Part shown: positions 11,214-24,900 of the stretch, piece by piece
How positions within the stretch are numbered: position 1 is the stretch's first letter
How the letters are laid out: every line of letters starts with the position of its first letter
Assembly: GCA_053919585.1 (NCBI GenBank)
Contig: CM132809.1
DNA: 64,000 nt
Strand: one strand, 5' to 3'
Origin: Euprymna scolopes
Lineage: Eukaryota
Translations under genes and position numbers: made by a program
The notes under the pieces: model-generated
Told to the model about the DNA's origin: nothing
Database searches by the model: none
Seen by the model: only the letters and a program-made list of their open reading frames with translations

Positions 11214-14200
11214 GGTGTGTGCGATTGGTTTCTTGATTCAACGAGAGGATGTGATGCGTCTAGTGTGTAAGGTACAAGTTAGTGTTAAGTTCATGCTTGC
11301 ATGCCTTCTTGCTTTCAGCCAACACCGGAACGGTTACTTAAAATCCTACTTCTTCCTTGCATTTTGTCTTAAAATGCTAGTGAACCTTATCCAGAGAGAA
11401 CAGGCGACTGCCACCCTCATTGAGATTACTTTTGGCCAGAAGTTGCAGCCTCCTCTACTGCCAGTCGTCGAGGGTTAGTTCCACTGGACATGAGCATTTG
11501 AGGTTCAGAGGGTGTCTATCTGATGCGCAACAGATACTAAACATCAACTGCTCAAGCAAGTTAGGAGCCAAGGTGGAAAGTCCTGTTGCAATGGAGCGAG
11601 AATAACAGTGGCATGTGTGAGAGCTGGTAAACACTAATACAACCTCTGCACATAGGCAGCCCTGTGTGAAGGTCGCATGTGTAAAGAGTGGAAGACGATA
11701 CCCTGAGGCAGCTGCACGGATGACCAAGCATCCCTGTTTAGGGATAGCTCAGCTTCCCCGGGGACGCCTCTATAAAAGGGAGGTGAACAAAGCTAATCTA
11801 AAGACCATCTGACTGCCATACCGCGGGCAGTGGATCTCCAATCGAGCGGTAACAATTACAGAACAAGAAATAACAACACTCAAGACTTGAACATCACAAC
11901 ATGGAACGTCAGAACCATCCTTAATACGGACTTTGGTGACAGACCACATAGTAGAACAACAATCATAGGTCTTGAGCTCGAAAATACAAATATCGACATA
12001 GCTGCATTGCAACTAAGAGAAGTAAGAAGAACCTGTGTCTGGAAGGGCTGTCCTGTAGATCAACCAAAAGAGCTGGAGTCGTTTTTGCGATCATAAATGA
12101 CCTAGCCAGTAGACTCGCAGAGAGCCCAAGAGGAGTCTCTGAAATAATAATGGCACTGGGAATCACCACATGCCATAACCGTAACATCACCATCATCAAC
12201 GTCTATGCACTGACAATGACCTACCCAGACGAGGAAAAGGGGGCATTTTACTCTCAGCTGAAAGACACCATAGACAACGTCCCTGCAGCGAATAAGCTAG
12301 TTCTCCTTGGTGATTTCAATGCTAGCGTGGCCCATGACTACAATACATGGAGCTCTGTTCTCGGAAAGTGTGGAAACGGAAATCTCAATTAAAATGGAGG
12401 ACTACTTCTCTGTTTGTGCAAGACTATAAACTGGCAATTACGAACACTTACTTCAAACATTCGGATAATCCTTACACCTCCTGGGAGCATCCCATTACAA
12501 AGAGATGCCATCTCCTGGATTATATTATCACAACAAAGAAAGGACCTCAAATGTCAAGAACACAAGAGCTATGCGTAGCCCAGATTGCCAAACTAAACAC
12601 TACCTAATCAAGACTACCTTCAAGTTATCCATAAAACATGTGTACAGCATGTCGACAACGAAGCACAAGAGAAGGCTAAACATATCAAAGCTCGGAGATA
12701 GAAAATGGCAAGATAGACTACAACTTGCAATCAACTCAGCATAAGAACAAACCACCGATGATTCTGATTCACCAGAACAAATGTGGGACTTTCTAAGCAG
12801 GCCTGCATTCTCTGCTGCGGTAGAGCTACTTGGTTACACAAAAAAGCAGAATGCGGACTGGTTCAATGAGAATGGTCAAGAGATTAGAGATGTAATAAAC
12901 GAAAGAAACCAAGCTCTAAATCACAGCTACGCAACACAACTAGAGTAAACCAGAAAAAGCTGAAACAAGTGAGGGCAGGAGTTCAGAAAAAAACTAAGAG
13001 AAATGGAAAACACCTGGTGGCTGAAAAAGGCTGAAGATATGCAGAGGCAAGCCGAGGAAAACAATTCTGCAGGTTTCTTCAGATCACTGGAAGAAGTGTA
13101 TGCCCCATTGACTCAGATGACCAACACCCTCTTATTAGAAGAATGAAACACCATACTGACCCAACCTAAACAGATAATTCGAAGATGGCAAGTATATTTC
13201 GGCACCCTACTGAATGTGCACTCCAATACGGATGAGGAAATCTTAAGCCACATAACAATTTTCCCCCAGCAGATGGACCTAAATGACACACCAACTCTTG
13301 GGAAAGTTAGAAAAGCAATTGACAAAACTAAAATTAACAAATCTCCAGGAATCGACGGCATACCAACTGAAGTATACAAGTTCGGTGGAGAACAACTCAT
13401 GAGAAAACTTCACCATCTAATAGCAAAATGCTGGTAACAAGAAACGCTGCCACAAGAATTGAAAGATGTCATGATTATCCTAAACTATAAAAACAAAGGT
13501 TATCACAAAGGCTGCATCAATTACCAAGATATATCCTTGCTGACCATTGCCAGGAAAATAATGGCTACATTGGTGCAAGCACGACTAGCCAGACTGGTAG
13601 AAAGGGTACTACCAGAATCACAGTGTGGATTCAGACATGAAAGATCTAAAATAGATATGATCTTCATCTTATGGAAGATCCAAGAAAAAGCCATTTAACA
13701 GTATCGGGAGCTCTACATAGTCTTTGTAGACTTCCATAAAGCATTTGATACAGGACAAGGAAGGAGCTGATAACAGAACTACTGTTCGCAGACGACACTG
13801 ATCTGATAACTCACAATAAAGCTCAGATGCAAAGGATAGTTGCTACTTTCTCTCAAGCATCCATGAAGATAGGTCTACAAATCAACATAGGGAAGACTGA
13901 ATTGATGTATCAGCCCTCACCAGATAACAACGACCCACAAGAGCCTACACCAATAATCAACGGCAAGGTTCTAAAAGTTGTTGAAAATTTCAAATAACTT
14001 GGAAGCACTCTAAGCACTGATAACCCTGCTGACAAAAAATAAGCTGCCGAATTCAAAGCGAATTGGCAAGTTAGAAAAGCGGCTCTGGGCAAGGGCTGGT
14101 ATCCGGCTAGAGACAAAGTGCAGAGTCTACAAAACCATCGTCCTGCCAGCCCTGCTGAACTCAGTAGAGACCTACACTCTGTATAGAGGACGGGTAAGGA

Positions 14201-14748
14201 GATTGGAAGCCGTCCAACAGAGACACCTAAGTAGGATCATGAAACTCATTTGGAGTATCTTTATACCAAACACCGAAGTTCTCAGGAGAGCAAACCTAAA
14301 TAGTGTTGAAGCTATCCTTACTACTATGCAACTACGATGGACTGGGCATATTACTAGGATGTAAGAAAACCGAATTCCAAAGAATATCTTCTACGGGGAA
14401 CTGGAAAATAGAATCCGCAAGGTTGGAGGTCAGAAGCTTCGCTACAAAGATGTAACAAGGCGGCACCTGAAGGCAATGAACATTATTGTCAAAAGTGGGG
14501 AGGAGCAAGTCAAAGAAAGGAGTTGGTGGCAGAACAATCTCCACAAAGAAAAGAAAGAAATAGAGAGAAAGATGGGAGAAGCCTTAGACAGAGACACTAT
14601 AGACGACACAACCCTGGCACCCACATATGCAGTGCCTGTGACCGAATATTTCACACAGACAGAGGGCTATATCAACACCAAATGTTAAAGCACCGAGACC
14701 CTAACTAGTCATCGTCAAGACTGAAAGACTGCATCATGATGATGATAG
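11214..14748 (+). mobile_element. RTE-clade LINE, full-length but decayed, with an internal RT deletion
   Basis: APE motifs (ITTWNVRT, IDIAAL, LLGDFNA, LLDYII) and RT motifs (KSPGIDG, PESQCGFR, KAFD, LLFADD). (ATG)n tail. 10-bp target-site duplication ATGTTTTCCT at 11204-11213 and 14749-14758. Many stops and frameshifts. Confidence 0.93.
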
Positions 14749-15808
14749 ATGTTTTCCTCAGCTGAGGGAATAACCAAAATAACATGGAGCAAAATGTGAA
14801 CTGCGGTATCTGAATTGATCTACTTGACCTACATCCTGATGTAATAACAACGTCTTTATTTCTTATCTTTCTTAAACACCCTTGGGACAAACTTCGCACA
14901 AATCATTTGCATTTTCATTTTCTCACAAATAATTGCCTGGACAGTTCACACACTGACAAAATCTGCAGTTAGGGTTTCTATGGACACATTGGTCTTTATC
15001 CATGAAATTTATATTTGGTTAATCAACTTTGGTGGTCTGAAATGCTTGACCCACCTACATCTCTTAACATCCGACCCGCACTCCCTAACTTCCTTTAAAC
15101 TATTATTCTAATCAAAAACTAATGTTTGATTCATGAAAATGTATCCAAAACAGTGTGAAGTATTTTATACATTACTTCCAAGTTTAAATAGGATTTTCTC
15201 GCATAGATTCTTCTAAGGAGTCATCACGTTCAGATTGCATTTTTGCCATTCGCCTGTTGTGCTTATAAGATAAAGGAAGGTGTATTTAAATTCCTGCTCT
15301 GCATGTTTATTTGGGCGTCAAACAATTAAAATATGTCACTTAGTAATGAGATATAGAGTAATTACAAAGGTTAATGCTTATTTTAGACGTATGTAGAAAA
15401 ACGTATTAAGAATTTATCAAATGGAAGTNNNNNNNNNNNNNNNNNNNNNNNNNNNNNNNNNNNNNNNNNNNNNNNNNNNNNNNNNNNNNNNNNNNNNNNN
15501 NNNNNNNNNNNNNNNNNNNNNNNNNNNNNNNNNNNNNNNNNNNNNNNNNNNNNNNNNCCACACTTGTAATTTTTTCAAAAACTATAAATTAAAGCCAAAT
15601 ATAATGTAACTGTTTAAACAACCCATGCCTTATTTGACTTGCCTTTGTGTCGTTAAAAGTAAAGAACCTTACCTCATGCATCGAGCGGCTCGTGTTAGGA
15701 AAGAAACAAAAGAGAAAATAAAAATGGCAACCCCCTGGTATTTATGGACTGAAAACCACGTGATGTAACGAAAGATGGGTATGCAAACGAGATGTGGTTG
15801 GGTCTCTC

Positions 15809-15843
15809 TATAAAAGAACGTCTTCTTTATTTTGGACGTCAGT
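15809..15843 (+). promoter_or_regulatory. Putative transposase core promoter (TATA box plus Inr-like TCAGT)
   Basis: TATAAAAG at 15809 and TCAGT 30 nt downstream, upstream of the ATG at 16144. Confidence 0.35.
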
Positions 15844-16143
15844 GTGGAAAGTGCAGAGAAAAGAGAACTGTTTGATTTGCGTTAAAGACTTTTGGTCTGA
15901 GGTTTAGTTCAAAATTAATTTAATTGCTCTTATTTTACTTTAAATTGAAATATTCTGGTGTTCACGTCAATTAAAAAATAACTTCAAATTGATGATGCAA
16001 AAAGAAAGTCCACAGCAAAAAATCGCTTAAACCGCTGACATTATCGCCCCTTAATCAGTGTTATATATCCATCAACTGACAACAAAACATCTCTAATCGT
16101 AATTGTTGTTGTTCCAGATTATCCAACGTAACATTTACTCCAT

Positions 16144-17100
16144 ATGCCACGACTTTCGTTAAGTGATGATCAGGAACTCATTACTCTCCAGCTTTCTGGT
16201 TCAACGAATCGAAAATCGGCCGCAGATTGAAAAGTGATGGTAAAAAAGGTACGAAAGACTGGCAAAGCACCATACAAACAGCAGTGTTCATGGCGCCCCT
16301 TCATCTAGTCGTACTAGAGTTACTTCTATCAGGAAAGACAATGCTGTCAAGATCCGCAGTCTAAGAAACACATTTGAAACGGCTCCCAAAATCCAACAGG
16401 AGTCCAATCTTGCTAAAACGTGCTCTCTTTCTGCTGCAAAGAAAAAATGTGTAAAGAACAGAAAGCGCCGCATGGCCTTCGTCAGATGCAATGAGGTCAT
16501 GACTCTTCATATCTGTCAAGATGCTATTTAGCGACGAAAGCAAGTTCAATAGGCTATGTAGTGATTGTAGGCAGTGCGCCCGTTCGAGAAAAAACGAAGA
16601 ATGTTATTCTAGGTGCTCAGTTTCAACGCAGACAGGTGGGGGAGGTCAAGTTTTCGTGGGTAGCCTTATTAGTACCGAAGCACCAGGTCCTATAGTTCGT
16701 TTGCAAGGGCGCATTAATTTGACCAAGTACATTAATATGCTTACTGATCATTTTGAATCGTACTTTTGTCGGAATTTGTATGATAATTACATCTTCATGC
16801 AGGACAATGCTACCATTCACACAGCTAGCAATGTCAGGAGATTCATGGAAGAGCATGGTATTCCGTGTTTGGATTGGTCTACACAATTTTCAGACATCAA
16901 TCCTATCGAAAATGCATGGCATTACACCAAACAACAGCTACGCAAGGATAAAAGTTTACATTTGGAAGAACTTTAGACAAAAATTAAAGAAAAGTGGCGT
17001 GTCCTTCCTTCGGAGTAATTCTGCAGTCTAATTCAAGGAATTCCCAAAAGATTGGAGGTTTTACAATTGCAGAAAGGCTATACTACTAAATATGGAATAG
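16144..17100 (+). pseudogene. Tc1-like transposase pseudogene
   Basis: FSDESKF, FMQDNATIH and SDINPIENAW catalytic motifs. N-terminal region is frameshifted; ends ...KGYTTKY. Confidence 0.9.
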
Positions 17101-17938
17101 CTCATTGTGGTTCTGTTGGATTTGTGTTGCATTTATGTCCTAAGGTTGCATATAAATAACAATTTTCCTCCCCAATTTGAATTGGGTTTTTATATATTGT
17201 AGTTTAGACTATTTCAATTAAAAGTCAAATATAGACAGGGAAAATTATAAAAGAATAAAAGGCACATCCAATAAAGTATACTTTGTTTAACCGTCTAGGG
17301 TCTGAACATATTAATACTTATAAACGCATAGTAATAAAAATTCTGACATTTGGAATTATAGACTTTATTGGATAAAGAATCATGGATCTGAACAAACAAA
17401 ATGAATTCATTTAAAAACGTGGACGTTATAAAATGTGCCGGATCTGTCCCGTTTGATCCTAATCTTCCTGATTACGATTGTGCCGTATATGACACGGGTA
17501 GTCCTGGAGGCTTTAACACTTTCAGTAAACTTAGCTTAAATTTGCAGTTTTCGATAAAAATTAAAAGTGTGGNNNNNNNNNNNNNNNNNNNNNNNNNNNN
17601 NNNNNNNNNNNNNNNNNNNNNNNNNNNNNNNNNNNNNNNNNNNNNNNNNNNNNNNNNNNNNNNNNNNNNNNNNNNNNNNNNNNNNNNNNNNNNNNNNNNN
17701 NNNNNNNNNNNNNNNNNNNNNNNNNNNNNNNNNNNNNNNNNNNNNNNNNNNNNNNNNNNNNNNNNNNNNNNNNNNNNNNNNNNNNNNNNNNNNNNNNNNN
17801 NNNNNNNNNNNNNNNNNNNNNNNNNNNNNNNNNNNNNNNNNNTACAACGAGAGAAAAATGTATATTTAAAAGAGTGTAGCCGTCAACAATTGTGGTTTCT
17901 TTTCAGCGTTTTGTCATATTTTTATTTTAAAATATTTT

Positions 17939-17977
17939 TATAACGTATTTAAAGCTTTGTTTCGCTCTCTTCAGATA
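17939..17977 (-). ncRNA. Degenerate hammerhead in the inverted PLE terminus
   Basis: CTGAAGA-GAGC-gaaacaaa-GCTT-TAAAT-AC-GTT; G12 of the core is mutated. Confidence 0.55.
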
Positions 17978-18636
17978 TTTTCGTAAAACGTGTTTTTTTT
18001 AATAAGACTTTGAACTGTTATTTTTAAATCTGCTGGTACTAAATGAGGTTTTTGGAATGATGCGGTCTACGTCATTCTGCCCGCATCAGTATATAATGTT
18101 AGTGTCCAGACAGAGTTCAAATAGGGATTTGGGCCCAGTTGGTAAAGGTTTTTATGTTTTTTATGACTTTCTTTCCCTATATATAGCCCACACTCACACA
18201 AAATCACACAAATACATATACATGCATGCACATATAAATATACACCCGCATACACACGCACGTAGGTATATGCACATATATACACGCATATACCCAGACA
18301 TATCTGTAGGAGCATACATACATACGCTCCTACACACTCACACACGTACACACAAGCATCCACCCACTAATATATCAGTCACACATTGGTATTTTTTTAT
18401 GTCTTTCCCAATGAAAACAAGTATGCATACATGTACTTAATCATTAAGACATAAGTACACGCACACAAGCACAAGTAAGATTGAGAATAGGTAGGAGATG
18501 ATGTATACACACACACACATATAAATGCAAACACACATATACATATATATATATATACATGTATGCACATACCTACTCACATACATCCGCATACGTATCC
18601 AGGCACACACACATACATACACCCAGGCGTATATGT

Positions 18637-18688
<52 letters not shown>

Positions 18689-20525
18689 GCAAGGACTCAC
18701 ACATACACACACGAATGCATTTACCGACCCATGTATATGCATAAATATATCCACACACACACACACATACAGATGCGTAGACATCCATCTAACAACTTTT
18801 ACGAACTGCCCAAATACACAAATCTGACGTAATAAAACTTGCCATCGATACACAAAACTCAGAATATATTAACACCCCAAACTCTAGTGAGCTTACATTT
18901 AGAACCATTGTTGGAGGACCAGCCTGTCAGACAAGCGGACTTAGCAATTTAATAGACATTTTATTACAACCATTCACATATCAAGTTAAGAGCTACATAA
19001 GGTACGACACCCACTTTCTTACTACCTTACCACATTCAGTAGAAAACGGGGCACTATTAGTTACATTATACATTAGCAGTTTATATAGTATTATACCCAT
19101 TGAACTAAGAAAAGAAGCAATAACATTTTGGATCAACTGACACGCACAAACACTCCATCCTTGATTCACAAAGCGATTAAGTATCGATAGTATAGATACA
19201 CTCCTAAATAATAAGTCCTTCGATTCAACAATGGCAACTACATAATACCACGAGGTATAGCAATGGGAACGAAAATGTCACCGACTTACGCAACCCTTAG
19301 ATGAAACCTTGTATGAAAAGATAGAACTAAAATTTGCCCACAAAACTTTAAAAAAATGTTTATAGAATCCTAGAAAAGATACCTTGATGACTGCTCCATC
19401 CTGTGGAAACCTACATTGGGAACATCACAGACTTACACATCATACTCTAGAACCTACGCCCAAAAATTAAATTCCCCTATAGAATTAAGCTCTACAGAAT
19501 TACCCTTCCTAGATGTAGTTATAAAGATTAAAGACAATCACATTATCACAGATATTTACCGCAAACCTACAGATATCCAACAATACCACACTTTAAAAGT
19601 CACCCCCTAAAAACTGAATAAACCCCATTCCCTACACCCTAGCCCGTAGAATCTGCACAATAATATCGGACAAAATCCCCCAGCAATCCGATTCAAGGAA
19701 CTACATATAAATCTTAGAAAAAGAAAATACCCACCACAACTTTGAGACAAAGGGATCCAACTCGCGATAAATATACCAGTAGAAGATTTGAGGACCCCTA
19801 AAGAACGAAACAAAGAACGAACCCTAACATACGTCTCCACACACAACACACACACACCAGAGTTTTTCACAGAGATAACAAAAAAACTTGTCCTAACCTG
19901 TCCAAGCGCCAACGAAAAAACCTCAAACGCATTCCTACTTTATCCAAACTCAATCAGGACACAACAAAATGAGTCACAAAATGAAACAAACAACGATGTG
20001 GAGTCTGCAACATAATATTAGAGGGAAACACATACACATTCACGAGCCCCATAGAACCATTAAAAATTAAGAAAAACCTAGGTTGCACCTCACAAAACTT
20101 AATCTATGTAATAAAATGTGCAGCATATGATAAATCCTACATAGGCGCCACAAAAAAAAAAACGTAGCAATAGATTACCCCTACACCGCTCCAACATCAA
20201 GATCGCGGAAAATAGAAACCTGCATGCATCACACACACATCTTCCAAACTGACAACTACTTCTAATTACTAACGCAAGAAAAACACTTTATCCAAAGTTC
20301 AACCTCGCCATAAACATCGTTAAATAATTATACACATAAATAGGCAAAATACACTTATAATCATTCATACTTAGGTAAATATGCGCCCTCACACAGGAAA
20401 CAAAACAAGCCCAATAAAGCACGCGCAAACTTTCACGGGCGCGCACATCCATAGCAAGTATAGCACTATTTCCCTAACCTAAACAAACAATTAGAAAGCA
20501 TACGTGTGTATGTGTATGTACACCC

Positions 20526-20610
<85 letters not shown>

Positions 20611-20833
20611 TGTATGCGGTTATGTGTTTGATTGTGTATGAGTGTGTGTGAATATATATAATCTGTTATCTATCCTCCATCTTGTTTGTGTGTGTACGTG
20701 CACTTATGTTTGGGTGACTGAATACATGTATATATGTGTGCTAGGAATAGGAAATAAAGACAACTTCAACGAATATATATGTAAGGTATGGGTGTATGAA
20801 TATGTATGTGTGTGTGATGGTGGGTGCGTGTGT

Positions 20834-20919
<86 letters not shown>

Positions 20920-21741
20920 GTGGATGGATGTATACTGATCTGTATATGTGTGTGCACACGTATATATTTATGCATATATATGGGTGGGTAACTGCATTCC
21001 TGTGTTCATGTGTGTATATGGGTGTATGCGTTTGTGTGAGCACCTGCATATGTCTCAAGATATATGCATGTGTGTGTATGTAGGTGGGTATGCCTGCATT
21101 CGTATGCGAATGTATGTGAGTGTGTATCTGCATACATGTATATATATATATATATGTGTGTGTGCGCATGTATATGTATCTGTATGATTGTGTGCGCGTG
21201 GGTGTATATATCATCTCCTACTTATTATCTATCTTTCTTGTGTGCGTGTAATTATGTTTGTATGATTAAGTACATGTATGCATGCGTGTTTGGATTAGGA
21301 AAGACCCAAAAAATAACCCAATATGTATGTGATATGTTAGTGGGTGGATGTGTATGTACGTGTATGAGTGTACAGGTGGGTATGTATATATGTATTCTCC
21401 TACATATATTTCTGTGTATATGTGTGTATATGTGTATATACCTACGTGCGTGCGTATGCGTATGTATATGTATGTGCATATATGTATATGCATGTGTGTG
21501 TGATTGTTTGTGAGTGTGTGCTATACATGGGGAAATAAATTTATAAACAAACCATAAAAACCTTCACCAAATGGGCCAAAATTCCTGTTTGAACTTAACT
21601 CTGACTGACAACTACCAACAGTTGCTGTTGGGGGCAAAATGTCTGAGACCATATCACTCTGAAAAACACATCTGGTATCAGGAGATGTGAAAATTACATT
21701 TCAAACTCTCATTTAAAAAAGTCAAAACTTTTTTACGAACA

Positions 21742-21780
21742 TATCTGAAGAGAGCGAAACAAAGCTTGAAATGCGTTATA
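21742..21780 (+). ncRNA. Minimal type I hammerhead in the PLE 3' terminus
   Basis: tat-CTGAAGA-GAGC-gaaacaaa-GCTT-GAAAT-GC-GTT-ata. Confidence 0.7.
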
Positions 21781-21995
21781 AAAATATGTGTAAATAAAAA
21801 TATGATAAAAGGCTGAACACCCTACAATTGNNNNNNNNNNNNNNNNNNNNNNNNNNNNNNNNNNNNNNNNNNNNNNNNNNNNNNNNNNNNNNNNNNNNNN
21901 NNNNNNNNNNNNNNNNNNNNNNNNNNNNNNNNNNNNNNNNNNNNNNNNNNNNNNNNNNNNNNNNNNNNNNNNNNNNNNNNNNNNNNNNNNNNNNN

Positions 21996-24900
21996 CCGAC
22001 GTATGAGACTCCGACAATTAACCAGAAGGTCCAGAACTCAGCGTGTCGACATTCACTTAGACGTATGTGGCACTTTATCGTGCTAGAGACTTGCAATGGC
22101 GACCACAGTGGTTACAGACATATAAATGCGACAATTAGCCTTACATTGCTCAGTATTATTTTTTGACTTGACTCTCGCTTCTTTTAGTTTTTTTATGCAA
22201 ATCGCCGAGAACTCCTTGATTTTTCTGTCAAACATTTCTATCCACTTCCTTCTGTCTATTGCAGTTAGCTCAATGGTGTTATATTCAATATCAAGAACCT
22301 GCAACTTAGACTTTATTTTGTCTTTGTAACGCAACAATGGCCGTCCCACGTTTCGATGGTATCTGTCTAATTGGCCATACAGGAGTTCCTTCGGTATCCT
22401 ATCAGCATCCATTCGCATCACATGGCCCGCCCATCGGAGCTGCGACTGGATTAAGAAGCTTTCGATGTTGCTGATTTTACAAAGTGTGAATAATTTCGCA
22501 TTTTATATTTTGTCTTTCAAAGTAAAACCGCAAATGGCACGTAGACATCTCTTATGGAAGGCGTCAAGTTGCGAAATTTGTTTTCGGTACGGGGTCCATG
22601 TCTCCGAGGCATACAAAAGTGTGGACAGTACCACAGCCTTATATACATGAATGTTTGTCTTCAGGCTTAAACCCCGAACATTCTATAATATTGTGCGCAG
22701 ATTGCCAAAGGCGCTGCTTGCTCGGGAGGTACCGTTGATAACTTCATGGTTAAGAGATGCACTTTAATCAACCACACTTCCCAAGTATGTAAACTTGTAA
22801 ATATACTTCAGGTTTTTCCCATCTACCTGAATCGACATCTGAGGAAAATTGTGCACGGTTTGTTTCTGTTTAACACCCTGTACTTGTTTTGGTGTAGGTG
22901 GTGGCTGGTAGATGACTTCCGTTTTCTTTATACTGATTGTCAAGCCAAAGGCTTTACATGCGGTAGAAAACCGATTTACAAGATGTTGAGCCTCCTCCCG
23001 AGAAGTCGCGACAAGGGCAGCATCATCTGCAAACAGAAAATCTCTTATAATGATTCTTCGGAGAAGTGTTTTCTCTTTGAAGCGTCGTTGATTAAAAATC
23101 CCACCATCTGTACGGAATTGGAAATGAACGCCAGTGTCAACATCTGCAAATGCATATTTCAGCATAACATAGAAGTAAAGGACGAATAGTACTGGAGCCA
23201 TTACACAACCTTGTTTTGTTCCATTGGTCACATTGAAAGGCTCAGAAGAGTCCCCATTGGACATCACTGAAGCCTTCGTGCCATCATGGAAGGATGTTAT
23301 AACTTTGAGCATATTGTCAGGTATACCAATTTTCTTAAGGATTTTCCATAGGGTAGTTCGGTTGACAATGTCAAAGGCTTTAGTAAGATCAATGAACACT
23401 ATGTATAGCTCTTGGTTCTTTTCTCGAACTTTCTCAGAGACCTGTAGCAGAGAAAAGATCATATCTATTGTACCCCGAAGAAAGCGGAAACCAAACTGCG
23501 ATTCGGGTTATATCTCATCTACAAGATGTCTAATTAATCTGTTGATTATTAGTCTGCCCATGATTTTTCCAGCAATTGAGAGCAGAGATATGCCACAGTG
23601 ATTGTCACAGGAATTCCTCAAGCCTTTATTTTTATAAAGATGGTAAATTGATGCATCTTTAAAGTCCTGTGGGACTTTTCCAGATGTCCAAATGCACACG
23701 AAAAGTGCATGTAGCTTTCTGGCCAGTTTATGACCACCATATCTGTAGACTTCCGGTGGTATACCGTCATTTCCTGGTGCTTTACCCAATGATATCTGTT
23801 CAACTGCTGCAAGGACTTCTGGGAGAGTTGATAACACGGATAATTCTGATCTCTCGGGAACCTGCTCACTTGAGTTTATAATCTCATCATCTGTTACCGA
23901 AGAAGAATTTAACACTGTTTCAAAATTTTCCTTCCAGCGTCTCAAGCTTCCGTCCTTGTCTGTCAGTAATGTCCAATCTTCTGCCAAAAATGGCGAAACT
24001 CCTGATTCTTGAGGGCCGAAAACCTTCCTTATACCTTCATAAAATGTTTTTGTGTCCTTTCTGTTGAATGCTGACTGAACAGCTTCTGCGTGTGCCGTCC
24101 ACCATTTCTCTTTCATCTGTCTAGTGTCCTCTGCACTTTCCCTTTGCAGGTTTTGTATGCCAATCTTTTTTCAGTAGAGTTTTGGTCGTCAATCCATGCT
24201 TTGTGAGCTTGATGCATTTTCTTAATTTGATCCTGGGCTTCTATATCCTGGTCATCAAACCAATCCTGGTGCTTCCGTATGTGTAAGCCCAGCACTTCAA
24301 GGGCAGTGGAATGGGTGATATTTCGTAGCGCTTCCCAGGACGCTTCTATGTTGTCAGTTATTTCTACACCATCTTAATTTTCATCAAGCTTGTCAGAAAG
24401 TATTGTTCGAGTGTCAGTATTCTTAAGCGACAATACATTAATACGTTTTGGAATAGATGACTTCTTTACCTGTCTGCGCCAAAGACTCAGAGACACCTTG
24501 CTACGTAGCAGGACAGTATCTGATAGCTTGTATGGAAGGAGCGCGTTATTTTGAAGTCAAGAAAATCACGTTTCTTAGTGATGACATAGTCAATCATATG
24601 CCAGCTGTTTGAACGAGGGCGCATCCATGTGGTTTTGCGACTATTTTTCTGTTGAAAAACTGTGTTAGTTATGGCCATATTGAATTCTCTGAAGAGGGAG
24701 AGCAAATGAATACCATTTTAATGCATTCTACCAACGCCATGATGTCCCAGAACCTCTTTCCATAATTGGAAGTCAGAACCGACCCGAGCATTATAGTCGC
24801 CCATCAAAATGAGTTTGTCCTTATGGTGAATACCACCGATTACTTCTCGTAGTTGTTGGTAGAATTCATCTCTCTCCTCATCCAGTCTGCTCATTGTTGG

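Larger units (their letters stand above)
15558..17572 (+). mobile_element. Tc1/mariner-superfamily (Tc1, DD34E) DNA transposon, decayed
   Basis: Inverted ends CCACACTT(G/T)TAATTTTT..AAAACT..AAATT.AAGC at 15558-15597 and 17533-17572, both running into N-gaps, enclose a transposase relic. Confidence 0.88.
17845..21830 (+). mobile_element. Penelope-like element (Neptune-type), older copy, with inverted 5' copy of its 3' end
   Basis: Decayed RT and GIY-YIG at about 18790-20325, colinear with 37686-39248. 17845-18788 is an inverted copy of about 20920-21830. Hammerhead motif in each terminus. Confidence 0.88.
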
